Part shown: one piece after another, positions 46,589 to 54,760 of the stretch
Numbering within the stretch: the stretch's first letter is position 1
Layout of the letters: each line of letters starts with the position of its first letter
Assembly: GCA_028713895.1 (NCBI GenBank)
Contig: JAQTNH010000001.1
Coordinates: 886,610 to 950,609, forward strand
Source of the DNA: Candidatus Nanoarchaeia archaeon
GTDB lineage: Archaea; Nanobdellota; Nanobdellia; CSSed11-243R1
DNA length: 64,000 bases
Direction of reading: 5' to 3'
Position numbers and translations under genes: made by a program
The notes under the pieces: generated by a model
What the model was told of the DNA's origin: nothing
Database searches by the model: none
The model's input: the letters and a program-made list of their open reading frames with translations, nothing else

Positions 46589-47545
46589 TTACCGGGAAAT
46601 ATTGATCCGGTTTCTCTGATTGAATTTCATAAGAACCTTCTTTTTATGTTCGGAGGAGACCTCTGTGTATATCTGGGTAGTCGTGATACTCGCGTGTCCG
46701 AGAATCTCCTGGACAGCCCGGATGTCAGCCCCGTTGCTCAACAACATGGTAGCCATGGTATGTCTGAGACAATGTGGGGTATAATGCTTCTTTATTCTGG
46801 CCAAATCGCAATACTTTTGAAACACGTTCTCGACCGAATATATGCTCAGTCGGCCTGAGTACTTGTTCAAAAACAACGCTTCAGACTTAGTTAAAACACC
46901 TTTCCGGCACGAAACGTACTCATTCAGGGCATCAAGGACCTCATTTGAGGATATAAAGATAATGCGCTCTTTTCTTCCTTTTCCTATTATAAGTACAATC
47001 CTATCTGCAAAATTCACATCCTGAACGTTCAAGGAGACAAGTTCCCCTATTCGCATCCCCGTCGAAAACAGGAGTTCGATCATAGCCCTATTCCGCAGTA
47101 ATAGGAACGTTTTAGCTGGTGGAGCCTTATCCAAGGACTGCATCGCTCCAATTACCGTTTTTACATCTTTACCAAGCATTCGCAACATACGTTTGATTTC
47201 CCGGACGCTTAGAACCTTAGGTAGTCTCTTTACAATTTTGTATCTTCTCTTTATCCTTCTCGTAGGGGAGTCATTCAAAACGTTCTCGTCTTCGAGAAAT
47301 GTAAAAAATACCTTTAACGTGGCAATTTTTCGCTTCATGGTCGTGTCCTTATATATGTGCTCTTTTTCCAAGGAATTGATGAAATGCCTTACGTCATCTG
47401 TCGTGAAGTCCTCTAACGGTTTTTTAACATAGGAACTCTTCAACTGCTTAAGGTCGCTGGTATAGGCTTTTATCGTCTTTTCAGATAGATTCCTTTCCGA
47501 AGAAAGGCTATTTAAGAATCTAGAAACGCCGGTATCGAAGTCCAT
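46589..47545 (-). CDS. XerC/XerD/XerA-like tyrosine recombinase
   Basis: STGMRIGEL, HCLRHTMAT, LGHASITTTQIYTEV. Confidence 0.85.
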   Translation of the reverse strand: MDFDTGVSRFLNSLSSERNLSEKTIKAYTSDLKQLKSSYVKKPLEDFTTDDVRHFINSLEKEHIYKDTTMKRKIATLKVFFTFLEDENVLNDSPTRRIKRRYKIVKRLPKVLSVREIKRMLRMLGKDVKTVIGAMQSLDKAPPAKTFLLLRNRAMIELLFSTGMRIGELVSLNVQDVNFADRIVLIIGKGRKERIIFISSNEVLDALNEYVSCRKGVLTKSEALFLNKYSGRLSIYSVENVFQKYCDLARIKKHYTPHCLRHTMATMLLSNGADIRAVQEILGHASITTTQIYTEVSSEHKKKVLMKFNQRNRINISR

Positions 47546-47607
47546 ATGATCATCATATACGGGATTCGTGGATATTATAAAAAATTATTCAATCAAAATA
47601 TACTCAT

Positions 47608-48612
47608 TTATCCCTCATTATTAATTTTATTTAATTCCAATGTTTTTTTACATTCGTTCAATTTTAAAATAATCTGCTTCCCCAACTCTCTCGTATTTAT
47701 CTCGTTCCCATTTTCTCTAAATAAATTGATTTTTAATTCCTTTTCCTTATTAATCTCTCGTAGTATTGGTTTGGCAACTTGTTCTTCGGCGGTATTCATA
47801 TCGAATACTTTCACGGTACCGTGCTCAAACCTGACAATCCAATAGGTTCCTACGTTGATTTTTACTTCAACATCATCGATGACATCTCCAAGATTCTTTG
47901 GCTTCTTCATGGTTAAATCGGGTGTAAATTCCTCTTTAACATGATAGATAAAAGCTTTAAGTGTATGTCTCAAATATTCGGTTAAAGGATTGATCTTTAC
48001 ATCCGCTTCATCTTGAAGAAGTCCCATCAATAATGGAACAAGTGCATATTTATTATTAGACTTGCTATACCATTCTAGCCAGCAGGCTTTGTGTTTTCCT
48101 AAAATTTCCTCTGTTAATGCCGAAAACTCGGATTCAATTTTAGGATTCTTCTCCGGTGTTATGAATACCATCGTAATTTTTGTATCATTATTTCCAATAT
48201 CTTCTTTAAGTCCTAAAAATTCTTCTAAGAATTGTGAGTTATCGATGGATTTCATATTTATTTTGTTTTCTATTCCAATACGATGCAATTCGATTGGAAC
48301 TCTATTTTCAGATTCCTCATCTTCTTTAGAGAAGACTTGTATTTGAATGTCGATTTTTCGTGTTTTATCTCCGATTTTATATGGAACTTCAAAATTAATG
48401 TCTATGTCAACATTTTTATCACATACATTTTCAAATCGTTCTCGATCCTCACAACCTTCTCCTACTAACGTTAGGAATTTTTTTAAAAAAGCATCACTCA
48501 ATCCATGTGTTTCATATGGTTTTAAAAAATAACCAATTATCGCACTATGATTTTCTTCGTCAAGGCGACCATTACCTTGGCTTAGAACCGTGAAGATGTT
48601 CATAGATATCAA
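47608..48612 (-). CDS. PD-(D/E)xK nuclease-family protein
   Basis: NIFTVL..EENHSAIIGYFLKP..HGL, RKIDIQIQV, IGIENKINMKSIDNSQFLEE. Confidence 0.5.
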   Translation of the reverse strand: MISMNIFTVLSQGNGRLDEENHSAIIGYFLKPYETHGLSDAFLKKFLTLVGEGCEDRERFENVCDKNVDIDINFEVPYKIGDKTRKIDIQIQVFSKEDEESENRVPIELHRIGIENKINMKSIDNSQFLEEFLGLKEDIGNNDTKITMVFITPEKNPKIESEFSALTEEILGKHKACWLEWYSKSNNKYALVPLLMGLLQDEADVKINPLTEYLRHTLKAFIYHVKEEFTPDLTMKKPKNLGDVIDDVEVKINVGTYWIVRFEHGTVKVFDMNTAEEQVAKPILREINKEKELKINLFRENGNEINTRELGKQIILKLNECKKTLELNKINNEG

Positions 48613-48773
48613 CCCCTAATTGTACTATGGAGTATTAAACTTTTATTTCATTAAGATTTGAGGTTATTGATATAGAATTATAGTTTATTATCAGACTTTA
48701 AGTTTTGGATAATTATTAGAGTGAACCCCTCGGCGTGGACATATAGGTAAGCACGAATATTTAGATATCATTA

Positions 48774-48947
48774 TCACTTTCCAGCCGTCACCAATACCCC
48801 CTTCTCCACATAGATCCTGCCATTATCTTCCGTGAATAGAATGTAATCCCCCTCATTGATGCCCCCGAGCTTTTTCTGAACTGCTTTCGGAATACATATC
48901 TGCCCCCGCACTGTGACCTTTGAGGTTGCAAAAAACTTCGTTGCCAT
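48774..48947 (-). CDS. 57-aa AbrB/SpoVT-fold protein (below the track cut-off)
   Basis: My translation: MATKFFATSKVTVRGQICIPKAVQKKLGGINEGDYILFTEDNGRIYVEKGVLVTAGK. Confidence 0.55.
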   Translation of the reverse strand: MATKFFATSKVTVRGQICIPKAVQKKLGGINEGDYILFTEDNGRIYVEKGVLVTAGK

Positions 48948-49046
48948 TCAATAGTTATACATGCCGTCCAATTAAAACATGTAGCAATAAAATAAGAAAA
49001 CAAGATTTCAAGAATATTTATAAAGTCCCAGCATGTAAAAACACGT

Positions 49047-49325
49047 ATGGTAAAGAAGCATAACCTGTGGTGGTTGATTGTCATTTCTGGGGTATTCATC
49101 CTGGCAATGGGCATTTGCGGAGCAATCTCTACAGCTGATACCGCAAACGATTTCCAAAACCTCGCGAAAATGACAAGTGAGAGCACCCAAGATTTGCCTG
49201 AATTCGTAGCAATGGCCTATTTCGGGTTAGGAACGATGAATGTCGATTTCTCGCTTTTCTTAATCCAAATCGCCATTGGTGTTGTTTTCATTGCTTTGGG
49301 ATTAATACTGAGGGAGAGAAAATGA
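49047..49325 (+). CDS. 2-TM membrane protein
   Basis: Two hydrophobic helices; ATGA overlap with the next gene. Confidence 0.5.
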   Translation: MVKKHNLWWLIVISGVFILAMGICGAISTADTANDFQNLAKMTSESTQDLPEFVAMAYFGLGTMNVDFSLFLIQIAIGVVFIALGLILRERK

Positions 49326-49654
49326 ACCGGAAAGGTTTGGAACTGCCTATGAATACGATTGTGATTATGGTTATGGTACTGTTCGTTCTTATTGGGCTTG
49401 GAATTTTCTTTTTTCAGCAATTTGGAGCCAGCAAAACCCAAGGCTTTGACCAGAGCCAATGCGTCTCAATTTGTCAGACTGCAAAGTCTGTGCATGCATC
49501 GCAACTGCCAACAGGACTGCATGCTTCGGATGCTGCTGCCAAGAATTACTGTAATAGTTGCCCAGATGGTGTTTGCGCCTTGGACGATACTGGAACTCAA
49601 TTAGGTTGCAAAGGAAACGTTGTCGGAGGATCAAATAATAATTTGCCGAGTTAA
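49322..49654 (+). CDS. possible archaeal type-IV-pilin-like protein
   Basis: MNRKG|LELPMNTIVIMVMVLFVLIGLGIFFF resembles a class III signal peptide; Cys-rich C-terminal part. Confidence 0.4.
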   Translation: MNRKGLELPMNTIVIMVMVLFVLIGLGIFFFQQFGASKTQGFDQSQCVSICQTAKSVHASQLPTGLHASDAAAKNYCNSCPDGVCALDDTGTQLGCKGNVVGGSNNNLPS

Positions 49655-51573
49655 ATCTGTGTCTTTTTCTTTCCGATTTTTCTTGCAATTATGGCAGTTA
49701 ATCCACCCAGTCCAAGAACTCCGCCAACTGCTGCGATTGAACCGCAAACTAACATTGTCGGGAACTGTTTAGAAGTATTATTGGTTTTGTTGCTTTCCTT
49801 ATCCTCAACAGTAACAGCAAAACTCGTGTCTTTTGTATCCTTGCCATCGCTTGCCCTGACTTCACACATATATGTGCCTGGTTTGGTAATATATTCTGGT
49901 TTAAGCGCCCATTCATTGCCAACAAGGTCAAAGTAAGTACCGCTTCCATTGAACATAGACAAGAAAACCTTGTCGCCGTCCTTATCAGAAACCTCGATAA
50001 GACCCGATGCAGAATTGCCATAAGGACTGTATATGTTTTTTATCGATTTGAATTCAGGAGAATTGTTGGGAAGTGCGCTTTTCTCATTGATAGTGATGTT
50101 GAAGAAAATGCTTTTGGATGCACCGTGCTCATCTGTTGCAGTCGCCCTGCACATATACCTGCCTGGCAGTGATTTGTATGACTCCTTTAACGTTATTGTA
50201 TCCCCGACAAGCTGGAAAGCGTCTCCTTCTACTTTTTCTGTTACTGTGTCATTATCAGGATCGCTTGCAATAAGTTTTCCACTCCACCCTGCTCCTTTTG
50301 CAACGCTCTGGCTTAAAATTTGTTCAAGATTCGGAGCCTGATTCATAGTTTCTGGACTTAAATCAACAAGCCAGACTGAAGGATCATCAAATCCGGTTTC
50401 CTGTTGTGTGAACACAATGTAATCGGTTTTGTCACCATCGAAAACTGAAGGATATTCTTGATTTCCATCCAATTTTATTTGTGTCGTTTTGCCATCTGAA
50501 ATATCATACACATACAAATCAAAATCTGAGCCGATATACTTATGCCATACAACCAGATTTTTATTTATATCAGGATGGGATCCTTCTCCTAAATCTTTGA
50601 GCTCTCCTGTATTCCAGTTTTTCAGATATACATTTGAATCGCCGGTAAAAACAATGTATTCGCCATATATTTTCCCCTGGTCCTCGTTCATATCCGAATC
50701 AGGATTTAGTCTTTCATCGGTCTTTGTTATCATATCATATAGGATCAATTTCAGTTTTTCCCCTGAGTAGTCCTGATAAAGTATTTTGTTTATGTTTCCA
50801 TCCGTGTATATATCCCACAGGGAGACGTTCTTTGCAATGACCGTTTTCTCATTTGCTCCGATGTCAAACTTGTTTATGCTCCTGTCAACACCGATATCAC
50901 ATACTTCATATGCAATAATATTATTCGAGATTGCTACACCCTGAATATCTTTTCCATATTCATCATCTATTAATGTTTCAGACTTGGATTTTAAATCGAT
51001 AGTTTTTAATTGATTGCCATTGTCAAATGCGATGTATTTACCATCGGAATCCATACCGGATATTTCTTTTCCTCCGTCTGTATCCGTGAAAATGGTATCT
51101 TTGTTGGAACCATCTGTGCTTTTTGTTAAAATATCATATCCAACATCGGTTTTGGAGGCATAAACTACCTTTGTTTCATCAATTGCAATCGGCTTCTGCG
51201 CATTCTCTCCATCCCCGCTAATCTTCATGGGCTTGTATTCCTGCTCTGTTGCCCTTGTTTTCATCGGCTTCTCGTCTACAATCTTCTCAAGATACATTGT
51301 AGCGTCGCTGTGGCTGTCATTTATATCATGATAGGCCATTCCCCCAACCCCGGCTCCGATCATCAGAAGCCCTGCTCCGAGCGCTACGTATGCAGGAACG
51401 TTGCTGCTTAACAGAGAATTCACTATCCGAGAGAAATAGGGGTTTTGGTTGAATTTCTGGTCCTCGTTCAGCTGTTTGACTTGTTTGTTGGAGATATACC
51501 TATCTGTTTCTGAGAAGTCTTTTCCGTGATTCTGCCTGTAATCGTGCCTATGGGCAGGTTGTCTATACCCCAT
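49651..51573 (-). CDS. surface protein: N-terminal TM, PD40/TolB-like beta-propeller region, two cadherin/Ig-like domains, C-terminal TM
   Basis: Repeated ..DG.kI.f.. blades; two paralogous segments ending ..PGRYMCRATATDEHG.. and ..PGTYMCEVRASDGKD.. Confidence 0.55.
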   Translation of the reverse strand: MGYRQPAHRHDYRQNHGKDFSETDRYISNKQVKQLNEDQKFNQNPYFSRIVNSLLSSNVPAYVALGAGLLMIGAGVGGMAYHDINDSHSDATMYLEKIVDEKPMKTRATEQEYKPMKISGDGENAQKPIAIDETKVVYASKTDVGYDILTKSTDGSNKDTIFTDTDGGKEISGMDSDGKYIAFDNGNQLKTIDLKSKSETLIDDEYGKDIQGVAISNNIIAYEVCDIGVDRSINKFDIGANEKTVIAKNVSLWDIYTDGNINKILYQDYSGEKLKLILYDMITKTDERLNPDSDMNEDQGKIYGEYIVFTGDSNVYLKNWNTGELKDLGEGSHPDINKNLVVWHKYIGSDFDLYVYDISDGKTTQIKLDGNQEYPSVFDGDKTDYIVFTQQETGFDDPSVWLVDLSPETMNQAPNLEQILSQSVAKGAGWSGKLIASDPDNDTVTEKVEGDAFQLVGDTITLKESYKSLPGRYMCRATATDEHGASKSIFFNITINEKSALPNNSPEFKSIKNIYSPYGNSASGLIEVSDKDGDKVFLSMFNGSGTYFDLVGNEWALKPEYITKPGTYMCEVRASDGKDTKDTSFAVTVEDKESNKTNNTSKQFPTMLVCGSIAAVGGVLGLGGLTAIIARKIGKKKTQI

Positions 51574-51724
51574 TTCAATCCCTTCTGGCTATATCTACCC
51601 TATACTTCATTTTCTAAAGCATTCAGGTTTTATATAGGTTACGAAATGATGATGGCACCTGCGGAGTTGGGTGTGTTCTTTCTATTCTTTGATGTGTATT
51701 GTCTCTCTGACTGATAGAGTATAT

Positions 51725-53113
51725 TCATTTCTCGCCCTCCTTGCCAACAAAATCATCGCTGTCTGAATTGTCCTGTCTATTTTGATTGCTTTTTGAGATA
51801 TTGTCTTTTGATTTTCTCCTGCTTAAGACTACAACCAGTATAATGACTATTATCAACACAGTGACTCCACCGGCAATTAGGGCAATATATAACAGTAAAT
51901 TGTTCTGACTATCGTCTTTACTTGGTTCAAGAACTGATATAGTTATTGTTGCTGTGCTGGTGGCTCCACTGTCGTCAGTAGCTGTCAATGTCACTTTGTA
52001 AGTGCCCGGAGACTTGTATATATGTGAAGGGTTGATGATATCGCTGGTCCCGGTATCTCCGAACTCCCAATGATAAGACGATATCACTCCGTCCTTGTCT
52101 GTTCCTTTTCCTGTGAAATAAACGGTTAACGGCGCAGATCCGTTGTTAATGCTTGCTTCGATAGTAGCAGAGGGTATTTGATTAAGCCGAACCGTCACAG
52201 TTACATTGCTTGTTCCTGTCCCTCCTTTGTTGTCTGTCACGATGAATTTGATATTATACGTTCCAGGGTTGTTGTATGTGTGTGCTGGATTCTGTTCTGT
52301 GGAATTGCTTCCATCCCCGAAATCCCAATAATAAGACGCAATGGTGCCATCGCTGTCTGTCCCTGATCCTGTAAATATAACGGTTAACGGCGCATTTCCG
52401 GTTATTTTATTCACATTGGCTGTTGCATTTGGCAGTTTGTTGCTCATATCGATGTATTGAAAATCCCAGCTATCATCATAATCCCAGGTTGTTGTCGATC
52501 CCGAGTATGTTGTCGCGCTTCCAGAATATGTATAATGGCCGATTTCATGCTCAATTATTTGGGTTTTTGTGTTATACCAGTAATCAATATCGTAGTTAAA
52601 TGTGCTTGAACCCTGGCCTGTGCCTGATAGTGTTGCAGACCAATGCCATATGTCTCCATCATGGTCGACTTCTTGAATAGTTGCTTTTACCTCATAATTG
52701 TTTGGATAGGTCCCCTGGTTTGTTTTCATGTTTTCTCCATACCAGTTGACGTATTTGTAGAATCGAAAATCGCTTTTATCGACCATTATTTCTCCGTTCC
52801 ATGTTTCGTTGTTTGTCGGAAATGAGCCGAAGAATTTGATCCAATGCGGCAAATAGTATGTTGAATTCATGAAAAATGAGGAATTGGATTCTTCCAACAT
52901 CCTCATATCAAGAGTTCCGGTCTCATCTCCAAAATCAGAAGTTCCATCCTTCACGTCAGTCCATGTCATTGAATATTCATAATAAAGCCTAATGTCATTT
53001 TGAATAGGTTCTTCACTACGAGTATTTAAAGTGGTTATCATCAAAGTGATTATTCCAGCAAAAACAAACATACTCACAATCAAGCACACCAAGAATCTCT
53101 TTTGGTTGTCCAT
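51725..53113 (-). CDS. surface protein with two PKD domains and C-terminal TM anchor
   Basis: APLTVIFTGSGTDSDGTIASYYWDFGDGS...HTYNNPGTYNIKFIVTDNKG and a second copy. Confidence 0.75.
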   Translation of the reverse strand: MDNQKRFLVCLIVSMFVFAGIITLMITTLNTRSEEPIQNDIRLYYEYSMTWTDVKDGTSDFGDETGTLDMRMLEESNSSFFMNSTYYLPHWIKFFGSFPTNNETWNGEIMVDKSDFRFYKYVNWYGENMKTNQGTYPNNYEVKATIQEVDHDGDIWHWSATLSGTGQGSSTFNYDIDYWYNTKTQIIEHEIGHYTYSGSATTYSGSTTTWDYDDSWDFQYIDMSNKLPNATANVNKITGNAPLTVIFTGSGTDSDGTIASYYWDFGDGSNSTEQNPAHTYNNPGTYNIKFIVTDNKGGTGTSNVTVTVRLNQIPSATIEASINNGSAPLTVYFTGKGTDKDGVISSYHWEFGDTGTSDIINPSHIYKSPGTYKVTLTATDDSGATSTATITISVLEPSKDDSQNNLLLYIALIAGGVTVLIIVIILVVVLSRRKSKDNISKSNQNRQDNSDSDDFVGKEGEK

Positions 53114-53232
53114 ATTATATCCTCCGGGATTATAACACGTAGTGATATTGTTACTACTATAATAATATTATTACTATAGTATAGTTTTTGTTACTAATCA
53201 TCCTAAATAATTACAGACCTATTCTGAGTATT

Positions 53233-53505
53233 ATGAAAATTCGAAAAATAATTGCCAAGACTGGCTGTATCGAGATTCTTCTTGCATTGAAAGAACATAA
53301 AAAGCTGAATTTCGGTAAGTTAAACAAGATAACGGGTTATTCCTCAACAACAACAGCCAGACTCAAGGAGTTATTGACAGAAAATTTGATAAAACGTATA
53401 GTCAACCCTAACTCTGAAAAGACGCTGGTTGAATATGAACTAACAGAAAAAGGAAAACGTCTTTCTGAGATCGTAAAAGATTTGAAAGCCTTTGAGGAAG
53501 CATAA
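53233..53505 (+). CDS. winged-helix transcription regulator (HxlR/ArsR-like)
   Basis: TGCIEILLALKEHKKLNFGKLNKITGYSSTTTARLKELLTENLIKR; start reset to the ATG at 53233. Confidence 0.55.
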   Translation: MKIRKIIAKTGCIEILLALKEHKKLNFGKLNKITGYSSTTTARLKELLTENLIKRIVNPNSEKTLVEYELTEKGKRLSEIVKDLKAFEEA

Positions 53506-53533
53506 TGATGTGGGCAATTAATCGTGTTTTGAA

Positions 53534-53659
53534 TTGTCGTTCCCACTTTTCGAAAAAATCAAGATATACATTGCAAAGCACCCGGAAAAGGGATTCACGA
53601 GCGTTTCGGACTTTGTCAGGCATGCAACCATTGAGAAGCTGGAGAAATATAATGGATGA
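53534..53659 (+). CDS. possible 41-aa ribbon-helix-helix (CopG-like) protein, TTG start
   Basis: My translation in a different frame from track ORF 53505..53693: (M)SFPLFEKIKIYIAKHPEKGFTSVSDFVRHATIEKLEKYNG. Confidence 0.35.
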   Translation: MSFPLFEKIKIYIAKHPEKGFTSVSDFVRHATIEKLEKYNG

Positions 53660-53712
53660 AGAAGTTCCTAAAAATAAAGAGCGCTATTTATAATATTTTG
53701 TTGTTATAACAA

Positions 53713-54441
53713 TTATATCGATCTTGCGAGACGAAAACCGATATTACTATCACGTTGATCAGAGACGATACTATTACGCGTAGCCGATGTACAGCATGTA
53801 GCTGCGGACATGTACCAAATACCACCGCGAATAACGCGTTCAGAACCCGTTTCAGGTCCCTTAGGATTGTCCTTTGGGCTATTTCTGTAATAATATTTTT
53901 CATACCAGTCTTCGCACCATTCCCATATTTTTCCATGCATTTCATAAAATCCCCATGCGTTTGGCTTTTTCTGACCTACGATGTGGTTTTTCTTGAAACC
54001 GTACTTAGGTCCAAACCAAGCGTATCTTTCTAATAATTCTCCGTTATCTCCAAAACAAAAATTCGTACTACTTCCAGCTCGGCAAGCGTATTCCCATTCA
54101 GCTTCAGTAGGAAGGCGGTAATTTATCCCCCCTTCTATCTTATTCAATAGCGCAATAAAAATTTGGCAGTCATCCCAGGAGACACAACATATTGGGAGAT
54201 TCTTGTTACCAATATTTCTACATTTTAACATACCAGATGATTGAGTTGGACGGTGTTCCCATTTGCCCATTACAGCTTCCCAATCCTTTTGAGTTACGGT
54301 ATATATTCCAAGATAGAATGGTTTTGAAATACAAACTGTATGTATTGGATTATAATACACATCTCCCATCTCGAACTCACCAATAGGGACAAGATTAAAC
54401 TTCATACCAATACTGTTTATTTTATCAACTAGAACGTCCAT
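53713..54441 (-). CDS. FGE-sulfatase (SUMF1/FGS) domain protein
   Basis: YRLPTEAEWEYACRAG, NAWGFYEMHGKIWEWCEDWY, RVIRGG. Confidence 0.8.
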   Translation of the reverse strand: MDVLVDKINSIGMKFNLVPIGEFEMGDVYYNPIHTVCISKPFYLGIYTVTQKDWEAVMGKWEHRPTQSSGMLKCRNIGNKNLPICCVSWDDCQIFIALLNKIEGGINYRLPTEAEWEYACRAGSSTNFCFGDNGELLERYAWFGPKYGFKKNHIVGQKKPNAWGFYEMHGKIWEWCEDWYEKYYYRNSPKDNPKGPETGSERVIRGGIWYMSAATCCTSATRNSIVSDQRDSNIGFRLARSI

Positions 54442-54734
54442 TTTCTCAACTCCGTGTTTAGTTGTTCTCCACCAATCGTTATTGTAATAGTAACAACTTC
54501 ATCATTCTCTGCATCTAGATTTCCGTATTTTGCATTGCATTTATCCTCACAGTGTAGTGAGTACTGCACTTTAATTTCCATATAGTAATCTGGGACATAT
54601 TTTAAAACTTGATAAGAGGTTTCATTGATATCTGCTATATGAATTAATTGATATGATATCGAATTAAATACAATTATCATGATTAAGGACATAACTTTAC
54701 ATGTCATATAGGTTTCTATTATACCTGCCATCAA
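54429..54734 (-). CDS. small membrane-anchored protein
   Basis: N-terminal hydrophobic helix; 13-nt overlap with the FGS gene. Confidence 0.45.
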   Translation of the reverse strand: MMAGIIETYMTCKVMSLIMIIVFNSISYQLIHIADINETSYQVLKYVPDYYMEIKVQYSLHCEDKCNAKYGNLDAENDEVVTITITIGGEQLNTELRKWTF

Positions 54735-54760
54735 TTTTGGATATTAAATTATATTCTTCT

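Noticed and set aside
48788-49186. 132-aa minus-strand ORF
   Set aside because: It has no motif and an odd composition. A different minus frame in the same place encodes a clean 57-aa AbrB-fold protein (48774-48947). The upstream part overlaps the promoter and start of the plus-strand membrane-protein gene.
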